Below are positions 1 through 12,187 of a DNA stretch of 64,000 nucleotides, piece by piece. The stretch is from Octopus sinensis. Taxonomy: Eukaryota. The stretch lies in contig NC_043026.1 in the NCBI RefSeq assembly GCF_006345805.1, positions 5,270,001 to 5,334,000 on the forward strand, read 5' to 3'. The number at the start of each line of letters is the position of its first letter. Position 1 is the first letter of the stretch. The notes under the pieces are model-generated. The model saw only the letters and a program-made list of their open reading frames with translations, was not told the origin of the DNA and searched no databases. A program made the translations under genes and the position numbers.

Positions 1-906
1 ACTAGTATGTTCCTAATGCCATTCGGTAACAACTTCAGCTGTGTGAATTGGTGCATTATCATCCTGAAAGATTGCATTTCCCTCCAGAAACAGTTCTGCA
101 ACCATAGGATGAATTTGATCAGATAAAATGCTTAAATAATCTTGACAATTAATTCTACCATTAAGGGAAACCATTGGGCTGGCGGATCTCCAAGATATAG
201 CCCCCACCAGATCATCACAGATCCTCTTCCATATTTAACAGTTAGAAGAAGACGGTCTGGGTCAAATGCTTGTTTTGGCTCTCTCCACACATATACTTGG
301 CCAGTGGTCGTAAATAAGGTAAAGGATGACTCTTCCGAAAAAATAACATGCTTCCATTGATCTAGGGACGAATTCTGTAGGTTTTTACTTCACTCTAAAT
401 GCTTTGCAACGTTTGTTTTTGAAAGTAGTGGTTTTCTGATTGCAGCCTTCCCATTAAATCCAGCTTTGTGCAGCTCCTGGCAAACAGTTTTTGTGGAAAC
501 TGGGTTCTCGAGGAGGTCATTAAGCTCTGCAGTAATTTTGGGAGCTGTATATTTTGTGATCCTTTCTCATAATTCATGCACCTGAAGCTCCCTGGAAGTT
601 TTTCCCTCTTTCTCAAAGGCTGTCATTACTTTCTAGACACTACTTCATGATACACCACACATTGTGGCTGTTTCCATTATGCTAGCGCCTGTCATATAAG
701 CACCAACAATTTGACCTCTTTGAAAGTCCAATCAATCTGTCATTTTAATTACCTTTTTCTGATGATATCTGAAAAGAAAGAGCAATTTTAGCAAATCATA
801 TTAAGCAACACTCATAGTAAATCAAAAAACATAAAAATAAACAAGCTTTTGACAGTTTTATAGATATTTCAAAATTATGATGCTAGGTGTTTCCATTATC
901 CAAACC
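1..906 (-). mobile_element. Degenerate Tc1/mariner (Tc1-type) DNA transposon; transposase pseudogene from 743 to the window edge
   Basis: The minus strand from the ATG at 743 reads MTD*LDFQRGQIVGAYMTGAS (HTH), then VSTKTVCQELHKAGFNGKAAIRKPLL, WKHVIFSEESSF and FQDDNAPIHT (DDE core), with several stops. The end abuts (TA)n near 906. Confidence 0.9.
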
Positions 907-919
907 ATATATATATATG

Positions 920-953
<34 letters not shown>

Positions 954-1030
954 ATATATATAATATATAATATATTATATATGTATATATTAACTTAAAA
1001 TAATTTAAAATTGAATAGAAGATCTGAAAT

Positions 1031-1076
1031 CCACCTGATGAATGTCCTTTGAAGACACACGAAACAATTGTAGTGG
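1031..1076 (+). ncRNA. Minimal type-I hammerhead ribozyme motif (family 1)
   Basis: CCAC-CTGATGA-A-TGTC(ctttgaa)GACA-cac-GAAA-CAATTG-TA-GTGG: helix I CCAC/GTGG, intact core, palindromic helix III, GUA cleavage triplet. Confidence 0.7.
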
Positions 1077-1385
1077 CGAATTTAAGTTTATTTAATTTAT
1101 ATTAAATTTTTTTATGTATTGGATTAAGTCTTTCTTTGTTTGATTTGCAAAATAGTGGTTTTGTCTCTAATTAATATTATATATATATATAGTAAGCCAT
1201 TACCAATTTTTCTGGAGGTGAAGAGTTTTCTTTTTCTAATTTTATTTTATTGTTACCACTAGAAATTTTGAATCAATTATAGATTAATTATGGATTCTAC
1301 GATTCTATGTTTCTGAGATGAAGAATTTGTATTATGTATATTGCTTATGTTAGACAGTCAGGTGTCCTCATCTTGATTATTGCTT

Positions 1386-1430
1386 TCACTATGTTTTGGC
1401 TGTTGTATACTCCAGCCTTCTTCAGATGTC
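1386..1430 (-). ncRNA. Degenerate hammerhead motif (family 2)
   Basis: GACAT-CTGAAGA-A-GGCTG..CAGCC-AAAA-CATA-GTGAA; the G of GAAA is mutated. Homologous to 2301-2346. Confidence 0.45.
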
Positions 1431-1499
1431 TTCTGTTGAACTTGGTTATTGTATCAGAATCTGGAACCTATTATAGGTTCAAAATTCCAAACAACCAAC

Positions 1500-1608
1500 T
1501 CTCGCTCTCTTCCTCTCTCTCTCTCTTCCTCTCTCTCTCTCTTCCTCTCTCTCTCTTCTCTCTCTCTCTCCTCTTCCTCTCTCTCTCTCTTCCTCTCTCT
1601 CTCTCTTC

Positions 1609-1639
<31 letters not shown>

Positions 1640-1725
1640 TCCTCTCTCTCTCTCTTCCTCTCTCTCTCTTCCTCTCCTCTCTCTCTCTCTCCTCCTCTCT
1701 CTCTCTTCCTCTCTCTCTCTCTCTT
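1500..1725. repeat. (CT)n / CTCTTC compound microsatellite
   Basis: Seen directly; it generates the ORFs 1334-1816, 1449-1739 and 1454-1786. Confidence 0.95.
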
Positions 1726-1794
1726 TCACGGTTGGGTAATCATTACACCCTCTGCAGCAAGACATCTGTTTATGTCTCTTTATCACATTCTAAT

Positions 1795-1950
1795 CTTTCG
1801 GAGTGGTTGGCATTAGGAAGGGCATCCAGCTGTAGAAACTCTGCCAGATCAGATTGGAGCCTGGTGCAGCTATCTGGTTCGCCAGTCCTCAGTCAAATCA
1901 TCCAACCCATGCTGGCATGGAAAGCAGATGTTAAACGATGATGATGATGA
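1795..1950 (+). mobile_element. RTE-type 3' tail (GGAGTGGTTGGCATTAGGAAGGGCATCCAGCTGTAGAAA...(GAT)n)
   Basis: The same tail follows RTE ORF2 coding sequence at 29957-30790; further copies at ~4320, ~25990, ~50400 and ~51840. Confidence 0.8.
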
Positions 1951-1994
1951 TATAGTTAGTTAGGGTAAATCCCAGCTGTTTCCCCTTGATACAT

Positions 1995-2211
1995 GGAAAA
2001 GAGGCAGCACATATGCTAAGACACAACAACCTCCTAAGCAGACCCAGTGCAGATATGAGTAGCATATGGGAACCAGTGTTAAGGAAGGATAGGAAAATAT
2101 TAGATTTATATGCCCTAAAATTCACTCCATAATTTCCCCCCGGCATATGGCGTAGTGGGTAAGAGTGTGAGCTACTAACGCCAAGATTCTGAGTTGGATT
2201 CCAGGCAGTGA

Positions 2212-2252
<41 letters not shown>

Positions 2253-2395
2253 TCGGAAAAATACCTTAGGAATGAGAACCCAGGTTTGAAATTACCCCAA
2301 GACACCTGATGAAGGCTGGAGGGTATATCAGCTGAAATGTTGTGTTAATAACAAACAAGATGAGGACAAATATCCATCAAATGTAATTAATGTAA
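1995..2395 (+). mobile_element. Penelope-like 3' fragment: GIY-YIG C-terminus + tRNA-Asn-like segment + (AAT)n + hammerhead
   Basis: KEAAHMLRHNNLLSRPSADMSSIWEPVLRKDRKILDLY, then an A-box TGGCGTAGTGG and a B-box-like GAGTTGGATTCC, then a hammerhead at 2301-2346. Same order as the copy at 18540-19005. Confidence 0.7.
2301..2346 (+). ncRNA. Minimal type-I hammerhead ribozyme motif (family 2)
   Basis: GACAC-CTGATGA-A-GGCTG(gagggtatat)CAGCT-GAAA-TG-TT-GTGTT; helix III is probably ACGT before CpG decay. Confidence 0.65.
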
Positions 2396-2511
2396 AATTT
2401 CGTTTTGTTGTTTTTTTCCTGTTTTTTATTTACTTTTGATTTGCCTATATCAAGTAAATTCATTGGAATTGACTTGAATCTTAATTGCTTTTATTATATA
2501 TACATATATAT

Positions 2512-2773
2512 AAATTAGAAAGGGAAACACCTTTTATCGATTCAATAATGAAAAATTAAATTACACCATCTAGAAAATTACATATTATAGAAAGATTAAA
2601 TATAAGATAAGATTATAATTTAATTTTTCATTATTGAGTTGATGGGGGGTGTTTTTTTTTCTAATTTATATATATATAATATTTTGTGAAATTTGATTTA
2701 GTATTTCTAAATTGAATTTTTCCTTGTAAGTTTGGAATAATATTCCTTCATATTATTATTATTATTATTATTA

Positions 2774-2812
<39 letters not shown>

Positions 2813-3045
2813 AAATTGGAAGGGGAGCACCTTTTATCGGTTCAATAATGAAAAATTAAATTATACCATCTAGAAAATTACATATTATAGAAAGATTAAA
2901 TATAAGATAAGATTATAATTTAATTTTTCATTATTGAGTTGATGGGGGGTTTTTTTTTTTTTCGAATTATATACATATATATTATATTTTGTGAAATTTG
3001 ATTTAGTATTTCTAAATTGAATTTTTCATATTATTATTATTATTA

Positions 3046-3139
<94 letters not shown>

Positions 3140-3400
3140 TGGAAGGGAGACACCTTTTATCCATTCAATAATGAAAAATTAAATTATACCATCTAGAAAA
3201 TTACATATTATAGAAAGATTAAATATAGATAAGATTATATTTAATTTTTCATTATTGAATTGATGGGGGGTGGTTTTTTTCTAATTTATATATATATAAT
3301 ATTTTGTGAAATTTGATTTAGTATTTCTAAATTGAATTTTTCACTGTAAGTTTGGAATAATATTCCCTCATATTATTATTATTATTATTATTATTATTAT
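2512..3400. repeat. Three tandem ~300-bp units, each containing a ~155-bp TA-flanked MITE-like palindrome
   Basis: Units start at ~2512, ~2812 and ~3136. In each, AAATTAGAA..TCAATAATGAAAAATTAAATTA pairs with TAATTTAATTTTTCATTATTGA..CTAATTT. Confidence 0.85.
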
Positions 3401-3411
3401 CATTATATAAA

Positions 3412-4485
3412 TCAAACCAAATCAAAATAGATGAACATCAATGGAATTTGTATCTTTGTGGTTCCAGTACCAGTGGCACACAAGAAAACCATCCGATCAT
3501 GGCCGTTCGCCAGCCTCATCTGGCACCTGTGTCGGTGGCACATAAAAACACCATCCGAAGACCCGGCGACGTAGTCAGTCCACCTGTGCATACCTTCCTA
3601 CTTATGACACTTGTGAAGACCTGTTGAGGCAAGTGTGTGACACTTGTGTAGACCTGTTGAGGCAAGTGAAAATCAAATCAAATCAAATCAAACCAAATCA
3701 AATCAAACCAAATCAAAATAGATGAACATCAATGGAATTTGTATCTTTGTGGTACCAGTACCGGTGGCACACAAGAAAACCATCCGAACGTGGCCGTAGC
3801 CAGTACCGCATCGACTGGCCTCTGTGATGTGGGCACATAACAAACACCATCCGATCGTGGCCGTCCGCCAGCCTCATCTGGCACCTGTGTCGGTGGCACA
3901 TAAAAACACCAACCGAAGACCCGGCAAGACTAGTCAGGCCATAACCCGTGGCCCCTACTTGGGACGTAGTCAGTCCACCTGTGCATACCTTCCTTCTTGT
4001 GACACTTGTGAAGACCTGTTGAGGCAAGTGAAAATCAAATCAAAACAAATCAAAATAGATGAACATCAATGGAATTTGTATCTTTGTGGTACCAGTGCCG
4101 GTGGCACACAAGAAAATCATCCGAACGTGGCCGTAGCCGAGTACCGCAAAGACTGGCCTCCGTGCTGTGTCGGTGGCACATAAAAACAAACCATCCGAGC
4201 GTGGCCGTCTGCCATCCTCGTCTGGCACCTGTGTCGGTGGCACATAAAAACACCATCCGAGCGTGGCCGTTCGCCAGCCTCGTCTGGCACCTGTGTCGGT
4301 GGCACATAAAATCACCCACTACACTCTCGGAGTGGTTGGCGTTAGGAAGGGCATCCAGCTGTAGAAACACTGCCAGATCTGACTGGCCTGGTGCAGCCTT
4401 CGGGCTCCCCAGACCCCAGTTGAACCGTCCAACACATGCTAGCATGGAAAACGGACGCTAAATGATGATGATGATGATGATGATG
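3412..4485 (+). repeat. Higher-order tandem array (three ~300-340-bp units with ~58-bp subunits) ending in an RTE 3' tail
   Basis: AAATCAAAATAGATGAACATCAATGG recurs at ~3420, ~3712 and ~4048; subunit GTCGGTGGCACATAAAAACACCATCCGA; RTE tail and (GAT)n at 4320-4485. Confidence 0.85.
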
Positions 4486-4529
4486 ATATATATATATATA
4501 TATATATATGAATGTGTGTGTGCATATAC

Positions 4530-4726
4530 AAGAGAGTGTGCCTACGGTGGAGCCAACAGAGGGACCAGCAATTCGAATAGACAATACCATGGTAGATAAA
4601 GCCATGAGACATATGAAAATGAAGGAAGCCCCTGGCCCCTCAAGAATCACCACGGAAATGCTTAAAGTATCTGGTGGTGTGGCATATGGTAGCAGGGAAA
4701 GCAGCCGTTAAATGATGATGATGATA
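4530..4726 (+). mobile_element. Internally deleted RTE LINE fragment
   Basis: EGPAIRIDNTMVDKAMRHMKMKEAPGPSRITTEMLKVSG (KAPG..G.TAEMLK motif preceding RT) joined directly to CCGTTAAATGATGATG. Confidence 0.7.
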
Positions 4727-5404
4727 ATGCACACACACACATAATTATACATTCATATCTATGCAGAGAGGTATATATAGCCGACTGGAGAGGGTTTCTC
4801 ACAAGCATTTCCTGTAAGGAGAATTCCCTTCTGGAAAGAATTTATACAGCAAAGGTCTTTCCATGTCTGTGTACAGGAACCTATGAAATATACTATATCT
4901 TTAAACATAACTCCATAAATTTCAATCAACGCTGTTTAATCAGCATCAAGTTAACGAATTCCTGTAAAACTTTGCATCTGTCAGAAAATGTTTTCCGTTC
5001 GGTTGAAATAAATGTCTTGACATCACTCGGGTGCCATGAACTATGCACACGGATTCAACATCCTTCACAAAAACACTTCTATGTCTTTCATAGCTCCTTT
5101 TATACACAAACACACACACACACACACATATCTATTATCTCTTACTTGCTTCACTTGTTTGACTGTGGCCATGCTGGGGCACAGCCTTGAAGAATTTTTA
5201 GTCAAAGAAATCAACCACCACAATTTAATTTTTAAAGCCTACTCCTTATTCTATCAGCCTCTTTAGGTTTCGTGTTTCCCTTAATTGATGATCCCTTCGA
5301 GAACCCTCATCAAATTAGAATATTTTATTTTCAATTTACTTTAGGTTTTGTGTGTTCTTCCTATAACTTTTATACGACCAGCCTATATATATATATATAT
5401 ATAT

Positions 5405-5442
<38 letters not shown>

Positions 5443-5445
<3 letters not shown>

Positions 5446-5663
5446 GGAAGCTTTACGAAAATAAACAAAAGACGAAGGCAGGTGGAGTACAAACAAACAA
5501 TTGTATTAGTATGGCACTCAGGAATATAAATAAAACAAGTCTTTAACGTTTCGAGCCTACGCTCTTCAACAGAAAGATACACAGAAAACAAACACGGAGA
5601 GAAACAAAGAGAAGAAAAAAATGCATGCAGAAGCTGGCGAATCAACATGGCGATCTGATTCCG

Positions 5664-5667
<4 letters not shown>
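5443..5667 (-). mobile_element. ~225-bp non-coding element inserted in (TA)n, carrying a variant hammerhead (family 3, 5540-5577)
   Basis: Flanked by (TA)n on both sides. The minus strand reads TCTTT-CTGTTGA-A-GAGC(gtag)GCTC-GAAA-CG-TT-AAAGA. Confidence 0.65.
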
Positions 5668-5716
<49 letters not shown>

Positions 5717-6120
5717 GTAGATAGATAGACAGACAGGAAGAAAGATAGATTCATACATATGTTCATACATACATACATACATTCATACATATGTACATAG
5801 ACACAAACGTGTATATATATACATGTATATATATATATGTATATTTATATATATGTATGTATGTATATAAGTGTATATAATTGAGATTCATTTGAATTAG
5901 GTACTTCAGTTGATGCACAAGTCAGTGTGGTATTATCCATGCAGTATTTGAGTAAAATTATATTAATGTGTCTGATTGATTGAAAATTCTATTTATTTAT
6001 TTGTTCAGCTGAGGATAGCCCTGCATTGAAACTGATGTAATGATTGCATTGTTCAATGAAATGGAGCCACTTGAGACGGTCATACTGCAGCACCTCTTGA
6101 TATTCTGTTGCTTATTTTGA

Positions 6121-6202
<82 letters not shown>

Positions 6203-7393
6203 GTATGTATGTATATACACACATATACATACAGCTTATTTGTGTATAATGCTGGCTGAGGAATTAGAGAGAGAAGGTAATGCACTGCCCATAGCCTATT
6301 CAGTACCTCAAAACCTGTGAAATAGAGAATTTCATGAGAAGAATAGTAATGGTGGTATATTAGGGGTACTTAATATGTTTCGACCCTTGGTGAGATGCTG
6401 TGTAGTGTTACTCCGAACAGTATGTCACGGCTGGAGTGTCTTGGATTCTAGACTTGAGGGATCAAGTCTGAGTTGAGACTAAGCAATACGTCCCTGCCCC
6501 AGCAACAGGGACCACCATCATCATCAATATTATAATCCCCTTACGCATTCCTACCCTGACCACCTCTACGATTTATTCAAATGCTTTGTTTGGATCCTTA
6601 ATGGAATCTGTAGAATGCCGAAGTGAGGAAGGTGTATCTGCTACTTATTTATAGCCCTGAAATAATGAAAGGTAAATTTGATTTGAGCAGGATTTGATCA
6701 CAAAACACAGAACTGAAACAATTCCTACAAACATGCCAATTGGTTACCATGGTAACCAGATAGTAAAAATGGCTAAGCCTCCATTCAAATCACTCCTTAC
6801 TTTCATATCAGAGAATGACTATTGTAGATAATGTAATTTCAACATAACCCAAAAGATAGGGTGGTCATGGCTAGAATGTCTTTAATCAAATTCTTTTCAT
6901 GATCTAATATGACCTGGGAGGTAAGCAACAACAACTAGAATACCATGGAAACCCACGCATGAAATTGGTAGAGTATGGTGTCAGCTTGATGCGGTAGTAG
7001 TATATCTGAAACAGTGAAGCTGTGGCTGGCATCCAGTGATTTGATCAACAGAGATGAGATGACAGCAACAATGACAACATCAACAATAGCACACACACAC
7101 ACACACACGCAGCAAGGTAACAATCCTTAATTGCCTTGTTAAAATATGAGTCACCAGAAAATAAATGGAAAAACCTGAAGTAAACTGATACTATCAAATG
7201 ATACGACGACACCTGACAAGTAAACAATCCCATGGGTTAAACAATATTGTCAAATGATGCCAGCTCACTGTAGAGGCCAGTCACGCTGTCCATTGATGTT
7301 ATTCAAGATAATATTGGCTTACACACTCTGCTCTCATATTCAGTCTGAAACAATGAATTTCTAACCTGTTTCTTTATTTTGGGTTTGTTGCAA

Positions 7394-7579
7394 ATATTTC
7401 AAGAAATTTTATCCTCATTTGAAATGTCAGACAGAACGTTGTATAAGTAAATTTAAACCTGGTGGTGTGTGTGTGTGTACTTACATGTACACACACATAT
7501 ATATAAACATGCATATACATAGACATACGCACACACACATGCACGTATATATAATATATACATATATATACAGACAATA

Positions 7580-7611
<32 letters not shown>

Positions 7612-7880
7612 CTCACATTTAACAACTGACAACTATCTGCTGCTGTCTGCACCCCCCTCTCACCCTCACACCCCTCTCTCTCTCTCTCTCTCTTACACAC
7701 TCAGTATCTCTCTATCACTTCTTTTCTCTCTGTCGCACTCATTCAATCGCAATCACTCTTTTTCTCTATCTCTCTCCGTCTTTTCGCACACCACATTGAC
7801 AAGTGTTCATGTATACCTATGTACGTACAGATATATATATATAGATATATATATATGTATGTATGTATATATCCATATAT
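7394..7880 (+). repeat. Direct repeat copy 1 (copy 2 at 15227-15790)
   Basis: TGCAAATATTTCA.GAAATTTTATCCTCATTTGAAA through ACCACATTGAC..GTGTTCATGTATACC is shared by both copies. Confidence 0.9.
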
Positions 7881-7885
7881 CTATG

Positions 7886-8024
<139 letters not shown>

Positions 8025-8045
8025 ATATATAAATATATATATATG

Positions 8046-8154
<109 letters not shown>

Positions 8155-8870
8155 CAATATCAATTATACAGTGATTGTTTCTTGTCAGGAACAAAAAGAT
8201 TAATAGGACTGCTATAGAAGTGCTCTATTGAAAGAGACAAAAATATCAAAGTAAAGTTATTGAACAAATAAATGCAAGGTCATCCGCATATCATTTCATA
8301 ATTCAAACATTTAATCATAGAATATACATATAAACATCCCGCAAGATGGAACATAATTCTCTGTACAATCATACAAGCATATAATAATAATAAGGTGCGA
8401 GAAAAATTTTTTTTTTTTATCACAGTGTAGAGTTAATACAGTGATTCAGAAAAATACATTTTTTAAAGAAAAACCTAGAAAGTAATAATATATATAATAT
8501 AATGTAATATATAAAAATATATAGGTATATAAAAATATATAAAATACATATATATACATATAGGAGCATATAAAAAATATATAATATATACCATGTAAAT
8601 AAAATAAAAGTTCATCGTTTAGAAATCTTATTAAATAATTAATCAAGTAAAAGAAGCCTTATAGTTAAAAAGGAAACCATATTTACTTATCCCTATGGCC
8701 ATTTCAGGGGTGTATTATGTCTAAAGCACTAGGGTGCATCCAGATAATACCTCCTTCGTCAGGGCAAAAAAATATATATACATAAAGATAGACATGATCG
8801 CATAATAGGCCAGCACAATGTTGTTTGCTTTCCTATTGAGGCATTCATGCTCGGATAGCCCAAAAGAGAG

Positions 8871-10522
8871 AATATTTCTTTATTACCCACTAGGGGCGAC
8901 ATAGAGGGGACACTACAAGACATTGGGGACATATAACATTATAAAATAAAAGTATGTAAGATGAAATTTTGAAAATGATAATATGAAAGTGATGCTAACG
9001 GCCCCATCCGCCAGCACCACTTACCTGTCCTTCATAACCCATCGTCATTTATCGTCTCCAATCAAAAGCCCATATTTCTTTATCATTCTCTCAGCCTTCC
9101 TTTCATGTTCTTTCACTGTCTCATCTGTAAATGCTACCTTAATCACTTTCACACCCTCAGTTACACACCTCGCCATAATTGCTTCCATTTGTTCCCTAGG
9201 CACCACCGCATAACTCCCTTCTGCTCTCTTCATACCATGGATAATTATCTATAATGTCTTTAGAATCCTCAGTGTCCTCCCTTTTCACGAAGCATAAAAT
9301 ATGGGGCTTGGGATCTTGTTTACTTTGTGTGTCTGCATTATTTTTTGGTTTTCTTGTAGGCGGGGAATGGGTGGAATCACTGTTTGTAGGGGAAGGATGG
9401 GACTCAGAGGGTGCGGGTGGTGTTGGGGTGGGTTGGGGTTCACCATGGTTCAATTTTCTTCTCCTTTTTCTTTTCTTTCTTACATCTTCCCATTTAGTCT
9501 GAGCTTCCTCCTCCTCCTCAGTTTCTTCCCCCTCAACTTGTTTCTGCTCCACCTCCTCCTTTTCCTGGTTCACAGTTTCCTTTTGTGGGGGAGGGCAGTA
9601 AGCTCTTATGTGGCCCCTCAGGCCACACTTGTAGCATCTTGGTGCTCTGCCTTCCACCCATACTCTCATTACAATATTTCCCATGTTTACGTTGTCGGTC
9701 ATTCTTTCGAGTGTACCCTCCTCCGCTTGTACACTCGTTTCAAGCGTCTTACCTCGCCAGCCTTCACCCTTTACGGTAACCTGCAAGATGTCTACCTCCT
9801 CTTCGACTTCTTTTATTACCGCTGCAACAACCCATTTACCTTCTATGTGGTGGGGGGGGGGTATCCCCTCCACTCTTATTCTTGTGGTTCTCCTGTTCAT
9901 ATAAGTTGGTAATAAGATTACCTTTTCTGTTTTGATCGCCTTTGCTGCCATTTTTCTCGCCATATTCTTATTTCCAAACTGCACCATTATCGTTCCGTAC
10001 TCACTGCCTCTCGCCACAAATACAATTTCTTCTTCCACTCTCCTTAACGCCTCCTCAATATCTTCCATTTTTACCATCTCCACTCTCTTGTTATCGTTTA
10101 CGTATGTCCGGTATTTAATGACTCTTTTCTCAAACCATTCACCACGTTCTTCTGTTGGTAACAGTTCCACCTCTCCTCCTTCCTTCGTCATAAATGCCTG
10201 AAAGCCTGGCACCTTTTCCAGGTCCATCTCCTTTTCCTCTGTCTCCCTTGCTGCTCCAGCATACGTCTTACTGACCTTTATATCCATTTTATTGACGGCA
10301 CCAATTAGCTCGTCCTCGGAGGTCGATGCCTCCGATAGACTCTCCAATAGCCTTTCTTCTGCCATCTCTCCCATTAGGGAGGGGCGGTCCATCACTTTTT
10401 GTCTGTCTCAACGCAGACAGACAACGGCCAACAGACCGAAAACAGTGTAACAAAGTCGTATAACAAAAACCTTATAACAAAACGTTCAACTTACAGCAAA
10501 CACGTGTGGTTCGGACGAAAAA
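8871..10522 (-). mobile_element. ORF1-only Tx1/L1-type non-autonomous retroelement, copy A
   Basis: ORF 10395-9196 (399 aa) with CYKCGLRGHIRAYC (CX2CX4HX4C); its C-terminus continues after a frameshift (9233-9045). There is no ORF2, the 3' tail carries AATAAA, and both ends are bounded by CTCTCTTTTGGGCT. Confidence 0.85.
9196..10395 (-). CDS. Gag-like ORF1p (RRM-like N-terminal region + CCHC zinc knuckle) of element A
   Basis: GSEYGTIMVQF, RIRVEGIPP, VWVEGRAPRCYKCGLRGHIRAYC; homologous to the ORF1 at 22618-23935 that precedes an APE domain. Confidence 0.8.
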   Translation of the reverse strand: MMDRPSLMGEMAEERLLESLSEASTSEDELIGAVNKMDIKVSKTYAGAARETEEKEMDLEKVPGFQAFMTKEGGEVELLPTEERGEWFEKRVIKYRTYVNDNKRVEMVKMEDIEEALRRVEEEIVFVARGSEYGTIMVQFGNKNMARKMAAKAIKTEKVILLPTYMNRRTTRIRVEGIPPPHHIEGKWVVAAVIKEVEEEVDILQVTVKGEGWRGKTLETSVQAEEGTLERMTDNVNMGNIVMRVWVEGRAPRCYKCGLRGHIRAYCPPPQKETVNQEKEEVEQKQVEGEETEEEEEAQTKWEDVRKKRKRRRKLNHGEPQPTPTPPAPSESHPSPTNSDSTHSPPTRKPKNNADTQSKQDPKPHILCFVKREDTEDSKDIIDNYPWYEESRRELCGGA

Positions 10523-10536
10523 AGCCCAAAAGAGAG

Positions 10537-12093
10537 GATATTTCTTTATTACCCACTAGGGGCCACATAGAGGGGGACATTACAAACATTGGGGACATAG
10601 AACAATACGATTACAACGAATGAAAAATGAATTTTGAAAGTGATAATATGAAAGCGATGCTAACGGCCCCATCTGCTAGCATCACTTACCTGTCCTTTGG
10701 TTGTTACTCCCACACAAATATTCCTCGTTCAGTTCCAATAACAAAACCTTTCATCTCCATTCTTACTTTAAACGTTTCCTCCAAATCTCTCACGGTTTCT
10801 TCCATCATTCTCACCTCCTTCACTTCCCAATCCTTCCTTTCACACTTTATCATCAAATCGTCCATTCGTTCCTTTCCAATCACTGCATACCTGATCTGTC
10901 CTCTCTCACACCATTTATATTCCTCCATTGTCTTTTTAATTTTTCCCTTTCCTGTCATAAATACAAAGTTTGGCCTGGGTTCTTCTTTGGTGTCTTGTCT
11001 GTGTGCATCTTTTGTTTTTTGTTTTCTTGTTGGAGGGGAGCGGGTGGGTTCACTGTCTGCAGGGGAAGGATGGGACTCAGAGGGTGCGGGTGGTGTTGGG
11101 GAGGATTGGGGTTCAGTATTGTTCAACTTTCTCCTTCTCTTTCTTTTTTTTCTTTCCTCTACCCATTCGTTCTGGGCCTCTTCTTCAGTTGTTTCACACT
11201 CCACTGGATTCCGTTCTTCTTCTTTATTCTCTTCTTCTCTTTGTACCTCTATAACAATTTCCTTTGGTGGGGGAGGGCAGTTAGCTCTTATGTGGCCTCT
11301 CAGGCCACACTTGTAGCAGGGCGGGGCTCTGCCCTCCACCCACACTCTCATGATGATATTTCCCATTTTTATGTTTTCAGTTAGCCTTTCCAGTATTTCG
11401 GCCTCCGCTTGCACATTCATATCTAGAGTAGCACCCCTCCAGCCTTCATATTTTATGGTAGCATGGAGGATGTCCACCTCTTCTTCACATGTGGGTAGAA
11501 GGAATACCTTATCCGTCCTTACCGCCTTGGCTGCCATCTTTCTTGCTGCATTCTCGCTACTAAATTGCACCATCACCGTGCCAAATTCCATGCCTCTTGT
11601 TAAATAAACAATTTCCTCCTCTGTTCTTTTCAACGCCTCTTCAATGAATTCCATTCTGACTATTTCTACTTTTTTGTTTCCATTTGCATATTCTCTGTAT
11701 TTTATTGTCCTGCGATCGAACCACTCACCACGCTTCGTTGGTGGTGACAATTCAACCTCACCGCCTTCTTTTTCCATAAATTCTTGGAAGCCTGGCAACT
11801 TGACCAGGTCTACCTCTTTTTCTCCCGACTTCTTCGCCACTCCTGCATATGTATTGCCAAGTTTCTCGTCCATCCTCTTCACTGCCTCTTCGGAAGTTGA
11901 CAACTCCGATAAACTTTCAAAGATTCCTTGTCCGACCATCCCTCCCGTTAGGGAAGGGCAGTCCATCCTCTCCTTGTCTGTCTCAACACAGACAGACAAA
12001 AACCAAAAACCGTATAACAAAAACGTTCAACAATAATTCAACGATAAATATTCAGCAACTTACTTTAGCAAACACGTGTGGTTCGTACGAAAA
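10537..12093 (-). mobile_element. ORF1-only Tx1-type element, copy B
   Basis: ORF 10704-12020 in the track; the probable ATG is at ~11965 (MDCPSL). It has a CCHC knuckle and an in-frame 90-bp deletion at ~11488, with the same 5' start (TTTTCGT.CGAACCACACGTG) and 3' tail as A. Confidence 0.85.
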
Positions 12094-12187
12094 AGTCCAA
12101 AAAAGAGAAATAAAGCAGTAAAAGAATTTTCTTTTAAAGCAGTAGAGAAAGAAAAGGTGGTAAACCCCCCCCCCCCCCAAAAAAAAA

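Noticed and set aside
3412-4320. CRISPR-like look of the spaced repeats
   Set aside because: The context is eukaryotic, the intervening sequences are themselves repeated, and there are no cas genes.
5262-5325. Possible further hammerhead (minus strand TTGATGAG...ACGAAACCTA)
   Set aside because: C3 is missing and helices I and II pair poorly; at best a very old relic.
8640-8870. Outer palindrome arm as a NUMT, or the target site as U2 snRNA
   Set aside because: No recognisable mitochondrial gene or rRNA motif; TTTTGGGCT resembles U2 CTTTTGGCT only briefly and the flanks do not match.
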